Source of the DNA: a virus
Direction: 5' to 3' (one strand)
DNA length: 64,000 nt
IMG/VR virus record: IMGVR_UViG_3300028920_000034
Coordinates: 1 to 64,000 of that record
This document shows, one piece after another, positions 6,593-15,856 of this stretch. The translations under genes and the position numbers were made by a program. The notes beneath the pieces were generated by a model, which saw nothing but the letters and a program-made list of their open reading frames with translations, was not told where the DNA came from and ran no database searches. Position 1 is the first letter of the stretch, and every line of letters starts with the position of its first letter.

Positions 6593-7924
6593 TTACTTGC
6601 TCACGTAGTAGTCCTTTGGAGGTGGCTCTGGGGCCCCCTCGTTGACCTTCGGAATCCCGCCGCGATAGTGAGGCTTAATGAACACCTGGCGCCTGAATTC
6701 GCGCCCTGGCCCGTAGGGCTGATTTCTCCAATGCCCTCTCACTACATGGCGAGCTCGCATCGAAACATCACCACCGGAGTCACCCAGGCGAGATTCGAAC
6801 TTGACACCAACGATGTAGATTGCACCCTTTTGCTTGCGCTCTATTGCGCGCTCGAGCTTACGGCGTTTCCTGGATCCATCCTGGTGCCTCTTCGCTCTGG
6901 CTGCCATCCTGTTGATTTCATCCTGGCAATCCAGTCGCACGTCATCCTGCATGTTGGTGGTGTAAAGGGCAAAATTGGCCACCAACGAAAGCAACCGCGC
7001 GTGCTTTTCATGAAACCCCTTTTTGCCACGATTCCGACCAGCAGCGCCCATGGACTCACTAACAACCGCACGGACGTGTTCGCTCACTGGGCTCCTATTG
7101 CGAGGCATGTGAAATGCGACTGGAAAAATTGGAGAGTCATACCCACAAACAATGCTTGTTGCAATGCTTGTTGCCGCCGCCTCCTCGCCAAACACCAGCC
7201 CTTCACTGACCACCATAGCCTCCAGAGACCCCATATTGCCAAAATGAACTTCATCGCCAGGAAACAAAATCACGCACTGTGGAAAAGGTAACCGCACATC
7301 GAACGAAGGCACATTCACATCCGTATGCCAAAACGATTCGATCAGCGATGACGAAATGTAGAACCTTGGGACAACACCGGCTTGAGCCTTGATCATTGCT
7401 TCATAATACGTTTTCCACCCAAAGGCAGAATCATGGATAGAAATACCAAGGGCGTCTTTTTCCCCATCCGCAACCATTTCCCTCGCGCGCCTAGACTCCC
7501 AGTGGTTCGCTATCCACGCCAATGAATAGGCAATCTTCATGAAACAGTCCGCCTCCATATCCGGAGTACCCTCAATCAAGGACGGATACTTCGCCGCAGC
7601 GGACTTGCAAAACCTGGTAGTCACTTTCAGGTTCGCGTGATTGTGCTTAATTCCACTCCACGCGCCAATTATGGTTTTTTTCCATTGTCTCCACGCACGC
7701 CGACGAATAGATGCTTCAACCTCAGTATCGCCCTCATACATAAGCTGGATAAACCTCAAAGCCACCTTGCCGGACAACAGTAGATCTTGCGCTCCATGTT
7801 CTTGCGCCCAAGCAATAAAAACACCCAGGTACGCAATGGGCTCTTGGTAATTGGAAACACCAGGAAGAGAAACAGCCGCCTCTTTGTAGGCCATTTCTTT
7901 GTACCTATCATTGTCACCCGCCAT
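6593..7924 (-). CDS. hypothetical protein, low-GC body, C-terminal HxVRGHWRxQ domain
   Basis: RARHVVRGHWRNQPYGPGREFRRQVFIKPHYRG; start coupled to upstream TGA. Confidence 0.75.
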   Translation of the reverse strand: MAGDNDRYKEMAYKEAAVSLPGVSNYQEPIAYLGVFIAWAQEHGAQDLLLSGKVALRFIQLMYEGDTEVEASIRRRAWRQWKKTIIGAWSGIKHNHANLKVTTRFCKSAAAKYPSLIEGTPDMEADCFMKIAYSLAWIANHWESRRAREMVADGEKDALGISIHDSAFGWKTYYEAMIKAQAGVVPRFYISSSLIESFWHTDVNVPSFDVRLPFPQCVILFPGDEVHFGNMGSLEAMVVSEGLVFGEEAAATSIATSIVCGYDSPIFPVAFHMPRNRSPVSEHVRAVVSESMGAAGRNRGKKGFHEKHARLLSLVANFALYTTNMQDDVRLDCQDEINRMAARAKRHQDGSRKRRKLERAIERKQKGAIYIVGVKFESRLGDSGGDVSMRARHVVRGHWRNQPYGPGREFRRQVFIKPHYRGGIPKVNEGAPEPPPKDYYVSK

Positions 7925-8100
7925 CAGTCCCTCCTCACCCACACCTGGTGGATCACAATGCCCGTCAGCGCCGCCATGATGCCAGTGACCGGATCGTCTG
8001 CAATGGCCCACCAGAGCCCAGCGCCAACACCCACCACCAACGCCACGGCCAGCGTGTCCACCACCTTCCTGGACCAGTCCATGAACAGCCTATTGAACAT
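7924..8100 (-). CDS. small two-TM membrane protein (58 aa, not in ORF track)
   Basis: MFNRLFMDWSRKVVDTLAVALVVGVGAGLWWAIADDPVTGIMAALTGIVIHQVWVRRD; GAGGA RBS. Confidence 0.6.
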   Translation of the reverse strand: MFNRLFMDWSRKVVDTLAVALVVGVGAGLWWAIADDPVTGIMAALTGIVIHQVWVRRD

Positions 8101-8344
8101 CGGTCCTCACTTTCGTGCCATCGTGGTTGCGCTCCGCCAGCTTCCTGGCCGCCCGGTGGGCGAAAGCGATGGCGCACCGCTTGATACAGAAGTAGCCCAT
8201 GCCGTCCACCCCCCGGGTCAAGGGCGGGGGCTCGCGGTCCGGATAGGCCCTGGCCCACCTCGCCTGGTCCGTGGGTCCGAGAAAGTAGGGCAACGGCTTG
8301 CCGCAGTGCAGACACCTGGGTGTCGGGGTTCTTCGCTTCGCCAT
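8090..8344 (-). CDS. zinc-finger protein
   Basis: CLHCGK ... FCIKRC. Confidence 0.65.
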   Translation of the reverse strand: MAKRRTPTPRCLHCGKPLPYFLGPTDQARWARAYPDREPPPLTRGVDGMGYFCIKRCAIAFAHRAARKLAERNHDGTKVRTDVQ

Positions 8345-8346
8345 GG

Positions 8347-11058
8347 TTACCACCTCATCTCCACCTGGTTCGCCGGCCGGGACAGCACTCCGCCGCCTCC
8401 ACCCGCCGAATTGGTGTCGCCTTGGCGCTCAGGGCGCCGCTGTGCGGACTTCTTGGCCTTGGCCGTCCGCTTGGCCTTGGGCTTGCGCTCGAGCCCGTGG
8501 TGGGCCAGCCAGGCGCCCAGAAGCTCGCTCCGAATGTCCAGGCTCTCCTTGGTGGGGGCCTCGCCGTCCAGGATGCGCTGCACCACCTCGCGCTTGGATT
8601 CGATCAGCTCGCTGATGTAGTTGTCGATGGTGCCGTCCGCCACCAGGTAGCGGATGGTGACCGCTCGCTCCTGGCCGATCCGGTGGGCCCGATCCTCCGC
8701 TTGCTCCTCGGAGCTCGGGGTCCAGGCGCGCTCCACGAACATCACGTTGCTCGCCCGGGTGAGGGTGATGCCCACGCCACCGGATTCGATCCCGAGGAGC
8801 ATCACGTCCAGGTCCCCCGCCTGGAACGCCTTGACCAGCGCGCCGCGCTTGTCCGCGGAGACGTTCAGGTCGATGCGCCCCACCCGGAGGGGCTCCTGGC
8901 CGCGCTTCGTGGCCTTGCAGCCGGCCTCGAGCTCGTCCAGCACGTCCTGGTGGTGAGCGAACACCAGCACCGGCTCGCCCTGGGCGTGGTACTCGCGGAC
9001 CCACTCCACGGCCGCCTGGGCCTTCAGGCGCCCGGTCTCGTGTCGCTCCCAGGTCATCGCCGCGAGCTGGGCACCAGGCTCGGGGCTGTCCACCATGGCC
9101 TTGACCGTCTTGCGGATGGCGTTGAGCTCCTTGCGGGGCACCTCCACCTTGGTGATGGTGCGCGTCTTGGCGGGGAGCTCCTTGAGCACCTGGTCCTTGG
9201 TGCGCCGGACCATGGTGTCGCGGAGCCGGGCGGAGAGCTCCTCGGTGTTGGTGGCTCCGCCGATCTGCCACCCGAAGCGGTCGCGGTAGGCGCCGCAGTA
9301 CCGGGTAACGTACTTTTTCCAGGAGGCGTAGTCCGCCGGGCGGAGCATCTTGAGCGTGGTGTAGAACTCGACCGGCCGGTTGAGGATGGGCGTCCCGGAG
9401 AGCCCGATCACGGCCTCGGGGTTCACCTGGCTCACCAAGTCCAGCATCGCCTTGGTACGCTGGGCCTTGTAGTTTTTCAGGTAGTGACACTCATCGAAGA
9501 TCAGCGCCTTCGGGGCGAGGGCCTTGAGCTCCTCCACGCGCCGCCGGGCCAGATCGTAGGTGACCACGTAGCAGCTCGCCTTGGGGTCCAGCTTCTGCTT
9601 CCCCGTCTTGATCCGCTGCACGGTCTCCCCGGGGGCCCACTTGTTGATCTCGTCCACCCAGTTGGTGGAGACCACCGCGGGGACCACCAGCACCGCGGGG
9701 CGCGCCTCGGGATGCAGGAGGAGCCACAGGATGGCCTGGATCGTCTTGCCGAGCCCCATCTGGTCACCGATGAGGGCCCGGCCACCGGCCGCGTCCACAA
9801 AAGCCGCTCCGGCGAGCTGGTAGGGGTACGGCTTGAGCCCCTCGGGGAGCATCCCCGCCAGGCGCTCGCCCACGTCCGTGTCCACGTTGGCGTCCTCGAG
9901 GCTCGCCGCGTTGCTCAGGGCCTCGCGCTCGAGGGCCTCCTCGAGCTTCTCCTGGGCGTCGTCGGTGATCGTCACCGTGGCCGGGTCGATGCCCGAGCCC
10001 TCGCCCCAGAGGTAATCGTAGTTGTTTGCCACCAGGGCGGCGCCGATCCACCAGGCGCCCGTGGCCTTGTCCCAGCTCGCGCCCACGCGCTTGAGCCGGT
10101 CCTTGAGGGCCCCATGGTCGGGGTTGTTCCAGGGGGCGTCCAGCTCCACCTTGAGCTCCACGCGGCCGTTGGTGGTCACCAGCACCTGGCCGGGCTTGCG
10201 GAGGGGGATGAGGCCCTCCTTGGCGTCCTTGGCCACCTCGGTGAGCTTCGCGCGGGCCTTGTCGCTCACGGCCACTTTGGCCTCGGTGAACACCTGGCCC
10301 CAGATGGCCGCCAGGGTGTCCGCGGAGATCAGCCACCCGCGGTTCTCGCCGTCCCACGTGGCGCCCACGGACTTGAGCTGGTCCTTGATCACGCCGTGGG
10401 TGGCGTTGTACTTGGGGTGGTCCATCGTGACCAGGAGCCCCGTCTGGCCACCGAAGGCGCTCTGGCCCTTGTAGATGGTGTCGATGCCCACGATGCCCTT
10501 CGGGCGCCGCTCCGGGAGCTTGGCCGCATCCTGGATACTCGACCCGCACGCGATTGCGGCCACCGCGTTGCGCTGGCGCCGGAGCCGGGCGAGGAGCCCC
10601 TTACGGGTCTTCTTGCCCTCCTCCACGGCCTCGAGGATCACCTTGTTGGCGTCCCGGTCCTGGCCGCCGAGCTGGGTGTCCATGTACTTCACCAGGCGCC
10701 TGGCCATCTCCCAGGTGCCTTCACGGGGGCACCCCAGGTCCAGGTAACGCCGCGCGAAGCCAGCGTCCCCAGCATTGAACCCCATGTGGTCCTTGGGCCA
10801 CTTCGGGTCGGTGAGCTCCATCAGGTGCGAGGTGGACTCTTCGATGGCCGGCCGGAACTGCGCCTCGTCCTCGAGGATGGGCGGAAGGCACTTGGTGTGG
10901 GCGCGGCGGAACACCTTGAGGCTCATGCCCAGGGCGTTGAGGGTGGCGAGCTGCGCCGGCTGGAGCCAGACGATCTCCTCGCCGGCCGTGATGGCCTTGC
11001 GGCAGAGCGTACACTTGCCGTCGCTGTGGGCCTCGGTGATCTGGTAGTCGGTTGTCAT
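8347..11058 (-). CDS. SNF2-family (SMARCAL1/HARP-like) helicase/annealing ATPase
   Basis: PYQ, DQMGLGKT, DECH, LSGTPILNRP, RRTK, GVGITLT, QAEDRAHRIGQ; N-terminal Zn ribbon and two KDxLKxVGAxWD repeats. Confidence 0.9.
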   Translation of the reverse strand: MTTDYQITEAHSDGKCTLCRKAITAGEEIVWLQPAQLATLNALGMSLKVFRRAHTKCLPPILEDEAQFRPAIEESTSHLMELTDPKWPKDHMGFNAGDAGFARRYLDLGCPREGTWEMARRLVKYMDTQLGGQDRDANKVILEAVEEGKKTRKGLLARLRRQRNAVAAIACGSSIQDAAKLPERRPKGIVGIDTIYKGQSAFGGQTGLLVTMDHPKYNATHGVIKDQLKSVGATWDGENRGWLISADTLAAIWGQVFTEAKVAVSDKARAKLTEVAKDAKEGLIPLRKPGQVLVTTNGRVELKVELDAPWNNPDHGALKDRLKRVGASWDKATGAWWIGAALVANNYDYLWGEGSGIDPATVTITDDAQEKLEEALEREALSNAASLEDANVDTDVGERLAGMLPEGLKPYPYQLAGAAFVDAAGGRALIGDQMGLGKTIQAILWLLLHPEARPAVLVVPAVVSTNWVDEINKWAPGETVQRIKTGKQKLDPKASCYVVTYDLARRRVEELKALAPKALIFDECHYLKNYKAQRTKAMLDLVSQVNPEAVIGLSGTPILNRPVEFYTTLKMLRPADYASWKKYVTRYCGAYRDRFGWQIGGATNTEELSARLRDTMVRRTKDQVLKELPAKTRTITKVEVPRKELNAIRKTVKAMVDSPEPGAQLAAMTWERHETGRLKAQAAVEWVREYHAQGEPVLVFAHHQDVLDELEAGCKATKRGQEPLRVGRIDLNVSADKRGALVKAFQAGDLDVMLLGIESGGVGITLTRASNVMFVERAWTPSSEEQAEDRAHRIGQERAVTIRYLVADGTIDNYISELIESKREVVQRILDGEAPTKESLDIRSELLGAWLAHHGLERKPKAKRTAKAKKSAQRRPERQGDTNSAGGGGGVLSRPANQVEMRW

Positions 11059-11070
11059 CCGGTCCTCCTG

Positions 11071-12231
11071 CTAGGCAGCCAGCGCCAGCGTGAGCTGGAC
11101 GGGCTTGGTGCGGGTAGTGGTGTTGAGGTTGAGCTCGCGCTCGGGGGCGGGCTGGCCGCGGAGCGCCAGGTTTATTGCATCGCGCTTGCGCCAGGCCACC
11201 GCGCCCGTCTCGAGCACCCAGGTGCGGTAGTAGCGGTCGAGCACCTGGTCCGTGTAGTCGTTGCCGTTGTCCTCGAGCCAGTCCACCAGGTTGCCCTCGG
11301 GGGTCTCGCCGGCCACCAGGGTGAGCTCCTCGGTGAGCTCGGTGCGCTGGGCCTCGGTGAGCTCGGCCACCCACTCGGAAGCATCAGCGAAGATCTGGTC
11401 CGTGTAGTCGTGGCCGCCGGAGGCGCTCCACATGCTCTCCTCGAGCTCGCTGTTCACGGCGTCGAAAGCAGCCGTGAGCACCCGGGGGCCCTTGGTGCCC
11501 GTGGCGGGCATCACGCGGCCGTTGGAGCGGCCCACCAGCGAGGCGATGAGCACCGAGTCACAGAAGATGGTGGTGGAGGGGCTGGCGGTCTGCACGGCCT
11601 TCACCAGCTTCTCCCAGCCGGGGCTCTGGGGGCCGCGCCCGAGGAGGTGGACGGCGTGGGGTTGCGCGGTCTCGAGGTAGTCCACCAGCTCCGCCTGGGT
11701 GGTGGCGTCCTTTTTCATCGGGATGGCGGGGAGCCAGTCCGAGAAGCCGAGCGCCTGGGCAGCCGCCTCACCGAACTGGGCCATGGTGAGCTCGCCTTTC
11801 TGGTGGGGCACCAGGACGTTCGCACCGAGCACCCGGCACGCCAGCATGTAGTGGCGGTAGCGGGCCATCCGCTCGAGGGTCTCGGACTGGAAGGCCACCT
11901 TGTCGGGAGCCACCACGTAGAGCTGCGAACCGAGGTGCGCGGCGAGCTCCACGTAGGTCTCGAGGCGCTCGATCCACTGGCTGTGGGTGATCGGCTTGGC
12001 AACGCGAGGAGGGGCATCCTTGGGGAACTCGATCTCGGAGAACGCGCCGGAGTCCACGAACACCTTGACGCCCGTTCCGGCGAGCGCCTGGAGGGCCGCC
12101 ATGGACGCGCCGTTCACGCGATCCACCGCCACGCCCACGTTCATGCCGCAGTCGGCCAGACCGGCAATCTCGCCCTCGTGATTCGAGCCGGAAGCGAAGT
12201 AGCTGATTTCGTTGCGCGTCGTGTTGTCCAT
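11071..12231 (-). CDS. tRNA-guanine transglycosylase/DpdA-like TIM-barrel protein
   Basis: VFVDSGAFSE, APDKV, VHLLG, FCDS motifs of the TGT/DpdA superfamily. Confidence 0.65.
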   Translation of the reverse strand: MDNTTRNEISYFASGSNHEGEIAGLADCGMNVGVAVDRVNGASMAALQALAGTGVKVFVDSGAFSEIEFPKDAPPRVAKPITHSQWIERLETYVELAAHLGSQLYVVAPDKVAFQSETLERMARYRHYMLACRVLGANVLVPHQKGELTMAQFGEAAAQALGFSDWLPAIPMKKDATTQAELVDYLETAQPHAVHLLGRGPQSPGWEKLVKAVQTASPSTTIFCDSVLIASLVGRSNGRVMPATGTKGPRVLTAAFDAVNSELEESMWSASGGHDYTDQIFADASEWVAELTEAQRTELTEELTLVAGETPEGNLVDWLEDNGNDYTDQVLDRYYRTWVLETGAVAWRKRDAINLALRGQPAPERELNLNTTTRTKPVQLTLALAA

Positions 12232-12248
12232 GTGATCCTCCTACCCCA

Positions 12249-12277
12249 GTGATACCCTACCCATGTAAACGTGTCAA
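12249..12277 (-). promoter_or_regulatory. sigma70-type promoter of the TGT-like/SNF2 operon
   Basis: TTGACA-17 nt-TATCAC followed by AGGAGG RBS. Confidence 0.6.
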
Positions 12278-12418
12278 CACGTCAACACGTCTACCGGTAC
12301 ACTGCTTTACTATTGCAGTGTCGCGCACTTGCGCCGCTGCGCCCACAAGTTGAGCCCTGTTTAGCCCCACAACTGAATATCAAAAACGTGAGTGATTACG
12401 GTCGAGTGATCTCACTCG

Positions 12419-12453
12419 GCCAAAAAAACGACATGGGCATGATTTTTTTTGGC
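12419..12453. terminator. inverted repeat with A/T runs, possible terminator
   Basis: GCCAAAAAAA...TTTTTTTGGC downstream of the HTH gene. Confidence 0.45.
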
Positions 12454-12501
12454 GAGTTGTAGTGGGCACCACAAGTCGCCGGAGGGCAAGTGTAGCGAAC
12501 C

Positions 12502-12915
12502 TTACTGGTCCTTTTGGAGCTCCCGGTCCACGAAGTTGCCGAGCTGCTCCTCGGTGGGAACAGCTCGAGGTGGCTTCGGCTTCGGCACCCTGGCCGGGGC
12601 CGGAGGTGCAGACGGCCGCATGTTGGCCGCTGGCATCGGGGCCGCCTTGGGCCCCTCGCGCCCCTCGAGCTTTCGCACGGGCGTGGGTGGCGGACTCACG
12701 CCGGCCGCTAGGGCCAGGCTGAATCCAGGGATGTTCTCCACCAGCTCGTCCAGAAGATCATCGTCAATCTCCTGGCCACCGATGCCCTGTTCGATGCCAC
12801 CCAAGATCTTGGGGTGAATCTCGAGCTTCTGGGCCAGCACCTGAAGGTTGATCCCGGCCGCCTTGCGCCGCCGCATCAGGTAGATTCCGAACTGGCGCGG
12901 ATTGTGAATTCGCAT
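12502..12915 (-). CDS. XRE-type helix-turn-helix protein with Pro-rich tail
   Basis: FGIYLMRRRKAAGINLQVLAQKLEIHPKILGGIEQG. Confidence 0.75.
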   Translation of the reverse strand: MRIHNPRQFGIYLMRRRKAAGINLQVLAQKLEIHPKILGGIEQGIGGQEIDDDLLDELVENIPGFSLALAAGVSPPPTPVRKLEGREGPKAAPMPAANMRPSAPPAPARVPKPKPPRAVPTEEQLGNFVDRELQKDQ

Positions 12916-12918
12916 CGT

Positions 12919-13944
12919 CTACTCCTCTGGCACCATCCGCCGCATGTACTCCGGCATGGGCTCGAGCTCCGCCTCGTCCCCCTCGCGATCCAGGCACCAA
13001 GGGGGCAGGTGATTCGAGAAGCCGCTGGCCGCCTTGTGGCCGCCGCCACCGAACTGCTCCGCGATCTTGGCCACGTCCACCTGGGCCGCCCCCTCCACGC
13101 CGCCCTCGCCCCGGGAACGCAGAGAGTAGTGGTACTGGGAGTCCGAGCCGCCATGCCACCACGCCATGCCGTAGTCGATGCCCGGCGCCGTGGCCAGGTG
13201 CCCGGCCACCTCGCTCTGGAAGATGGGAGCGTTCACCACAGCCACCCGGTGCCCATTGAGCTCCATCACCTGGGCCTTGCGCGCGAGGAAGCTCACATCC
13301 GAATCCAGCTTGCGGAGCATCGCTTCCCCGGCCACCACCATCGGGGGCTTCTCCATGTGGCTCCGCGCCAGGCCAGCCGCAACGGCCTCCCGGTGCTCCG
13401 CGTAGTGGCGCACCTGGCGCACCTGCCACGCCAGGTCCTGCCACGTCCGGAAGTCCTTGGTGGTGGTGGCGAGCACCTGGTTCACCTCCTTGGACAACGG
13501 GAGCTGCCAGCGCCACAGATCGCGATCCTCCACGTAGGACACCAGCGTCTCGAGGTGGTCCAGCACCCCCTCGTCCTCGGTGCCCAAGAGCATCGCCTGG
13601 AAGTGTTCCAGGGCCATCCGTGCCCCGCACTTGTCCATATTGAAGGAGGCGTAGGCGAGCCCCACCAGCTCCTCCTGGGCCGACTGGTGGTGATCGTACA
13701 CGGCGATGCTGTCCGCCCGCGCGGCGAACTCCTGCATGGCCTCACGCTTCATGCTGAAATCGAACATCAGCACCTGGCGCCCAGTCGGGTCCGGGGGCTC
13801 GCTCTGGTAGTGCATGGGCACGTACTCTGCCGTGTCTCCCAGCACGTGCCAGGCGATCAGCGCCGCCGTCCACCCATCGTTGCACGGGGGCGCGTGGTAG
13901 ATCACCAGGATGGGTTTGAAGTCCGACACCTCAATCGTAGGCAT
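12919..13944 (-). CDS. DHH/DHHA1 phosphoesterase (nanoRNase-like)
   Basis: IYHxxCNDG, MFDFS, YDHH, VEDRDLWRW, YSLRS, FGGGGHKAASGF. Confidence 0.9.
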   Translation of the reverse strand: MPTIEVSDFKPILVIYHAPPCNDGWTAALIAWHVLGDTAEYVPMHYQSEPPDPTGRQVLMFDFSMKREAMQEFAARADSIAVYDHHQSAQEELVGLAYASFNMDKCGARMALEHFQAMLLGTEDEGVLDHLETLVSYVEDRDLWRWQLPLSKEVNQVLATTTKDFRTWQDLAWQVRQVRHYAEHREAVAAGLARSHMEKPPMVVAGEAMLRKLDSDVSFLARKAQVMELNGHRVAVVNAPIFQSEVAGHLATAPGIDYGMAWWHGGSDSQYHYSLRSRGEGGVEGAAQVDVAKIAEQFGGGGHKAASGFSNHLPPWCLDREGDEAELEPMPEYMRRMVPEE

Positions 13945-14074
13945 TGCGCCCTCCAATCCGCGGAGCTCAGGGAAGGCATCCGCTCATCTTCGCCGCGTAC
14001 CACGCCATGAACATCAGGGCGAACACGCCGCTCGCGTTGCACAGAATACGGCTCACAGCTCATCGTCCATTTCA

Positions 14075-14374
14075 TCAGGAGAAACGTCCCGAGTCATGAT
14101 CCAGATCACCGGCGCCAAGGCCACCGCAATGGTCAACACCGTCAGCGTGAGCATCACACCTTGTTTCAACATTCACCACATCGCGGCCCCATCGGTTCCA
14201 CCTGGTGACCGCTCCCAGCTTGTTCGCCAGCTCCCTCACGCCCGCCAGCACCCGTCCAGCGAGTCTATCCGTGGAGAACCCCCACCCACGCCACCTGGGC
14301 GCCACGCGGTCCTCAGAGCCCAGGAACACACACGCTGGGCAATCGTGCTCAAATGTTGGCCAGCTCACCAGCAT
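14075..14374 (-). CDS. hypothetical protein with HDCxxCxFLGS motif (possibly degenerate)
   Basis: PTFEHDCPACVFLGSEDRVAP matches the N-terminus of 123..410. Confidence 0.45.
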   Translation of the reverse strand: MLVSWPTFEHDCPACVFLGSEDRVAPRWRGWGFSTDRLAGRVLAGVRELANKLGAVTRWNRWGRDVVNVETRCDAHADGVDHCGGLGAGDLDHDSGRFS

Positions 14375-14391
14375 CCGTAGATCCTACCGCA

Positions 14392-14862
14392 TCAGGCCGG
14401 AAAGTACACTGCGCCCCCGCGCTCGCCCTCTCTGCGGAGCTCGCCAGCATCGTGGAGCTTGCCCAGGAGCTTGCCTGTCCTGGTGCGATCCAGGCCAATC
14501 CGCTCGGCAATCTCCGAGCACGCGCACCCTGGCCTTTTCTTCACCGCAGCCACGATCTTCTTGGACGCCTTCGCGATCTCCGCTGGTTTCATCCGATGGG
14601 CTCGCCTCTGGCGCACCTTGCCGCGGTCGAGCTGCACCTTCACGCCATCGGATTGCGCCACCGCCACAGCGAGCTCACGGAGAGTCATCGGGAGAATATG
14701 CTGGTCCCAAACCTCGTCCGTGGAGTCCAGCCATAGGTCCTCCACGCGCCCCTCTCCAGCCCCATCCGTTGACAGGGCCTCGAGCACACCATGGGCGTCC
14801 GTGGCCTTGGCCAATCGCTTGCGAACGACCTTCCACCGCTTGGACGTGTTCGGGCCTGGCAT
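14392..14862 (-). CDS. winged-helix DNA-binding protein
   Basis: IVAAVKKRPGCACSEIAERIGLDRTRTGKLLGKLHDAGELRREG. Confidence 0.75.
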   Translation of the reverse strand: MPGPNTSKRWKVVRKRLAKATDAHGVLEALSTDGAGEGRVEDLWLDSTDEVWDQHILPMTLRELAVAVAQSDGVKVQLDRGKVRQRRAHRMKPAEIAKASKKIVAAVKKRPGCACSEIAERIGLDRTRTGKLLGKLHDAGELRREGERGGAVYFPA

Positions 14863-15749
14863 TACGGAATCACCAGGAGGCGCTCACCGTGGAGCTTTAC
14901 GATGAGGCGCCGCACCGCGTCCGCCGCCTTCGGGGAGAGCTTGCTCGCCCCCATCTCCTGGGCGAGCTCGGTCTCCATCCGCTGGGTGAGGGCCTCTATA
15001 CGTTCCTCGGTTGTGCCCTCCATGGCCATCCGTCCAGGCATGTCGCCCTTGCGGTCCGCGGCGGCGCGGCGCTCCGGCTTCTTGGCCTGGCGCGTGCTTT
15101 GTCGGACGGCCTTGCGCGTGGCTGCTTTGCGCTTGGACGTGCTCGGCTTGCGCGGGCTCGCGGGCTCGGGCGCGGAAGCATCCGCCTCGAGGGCCTTGCG
15201 GAACGCAGCGAGCTGGGCCTCCTCGCGGGTCCCGTCATCCGCCTTCACGCCGGACAAGTCTCGCAGGTCCGAAAACTGGATCTTGCCGTCGCGGAACGCC
15301 TCCTTGATCTCCTCTGGGAGCCGGTGAATGCTGATCCGCTGGGTGATATAGCTCTGTGAACGGCCGTACAGCTCCGCGAGCTCCTTGGCACCGAGCGTTC
15401 CAGAGTCCCGGATCCCAGCCAGGGCGCCGCACTCGTCCAGGAGGGAAAGCGGCTCACGGTCCACGTTTTCGATGAGCTGCACCACGGGCACCTGGCTCAC
15501 CGGGATGCGCTTCACCACGGCGGGGATCGTCGTGCGACCCAGGAGCTTGTGGGCCGCGTAGCGCCGAAAACCGCACACCAGGTAGTAGCGCCCATCGGAC
15601 GTGTTCCCTCCGCTCACCACGATGGGCTGGAGCTGGGAATGGCTGTCGATAGAAGCCGCCAGCTTGGCGATGCTGCCTGGGTCGAGCTGTCCCCGCGGAT
15701 TCGGGAATCGCTCGGTGTCGATCTTGTTGAGGGGGATGTTTTTGCTCAT
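14862..15749 (-). CDS. parB: ParB/RepB/Spo0J-family protein
   Basis: NPR, LAASI...QLQPIVV, LVCGFRRYAA, LIENVDREPLS and HTH. Confidence 0.85.
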   Translation of the reverse strand: MSKNIPLNKIDTERFPNPRGQLDPGSIAKLAASIDSHSQLQPIVVSGGNTSDGRYYLVCGFRRYAAHKLLGRTTIPAVVKRIPVSQVPVVQLIENVDREPLSLLDECGALAGIRDSGTLGAKELAELYGRSQSYITQRISIHRLPEEIKEAFRDGKIQFSDLRDLSGVKADDGTREEAQLAAFRKALEADASAPEPASPRKPSTSKRKAATRKAVRQSTRQAKKPERRAAADRKGDMPGRMAMEGTTEERIEALTQRMETELAQEMGASKLSPKAADAVRRLIVKLHGERLLVIP

Positions 15750-15782
15750 CGGGGCCTCCTTTCCAGAGGTTCAAATCAAAAA

Positions 15783-15856
15783 CTGGCACGGCCGTTGCTT
15801 CTGCTTACTTAACCTTATCTACCCTTACTGGGAAAGAAGAGTCAAGAGGGTGTTCG
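15783..15856 (+). promoter_or_regulatory. conserved element copy 2 (sigma54-type motif, antisense)
   Basis: CTGGCACG-GCCG-TTGCT-TCTGCTTACTTAACCTTATCT...GAAGAGTCAAGAGGGTGT. Confidence 0.75.

Noticed and set aside
8320-12252. 1310-aa plus-strand ORF and other long plus-strand ORFs (e.g. 24149..25402, 46052..47434, 49359..50630)
   Set aside because: Antisense shadows of high-GC minus-strand genes that carry clear family motifs.
15783-15856. Reading the six-copy element as a minus-strand sigma70 promoter (TTGACT)
   Set aside because: TTGACT becomes AAGACT in three copies and there is no consistent -10 at 16-18 nt, whereas the sigma54 boxes are conserved in all six.
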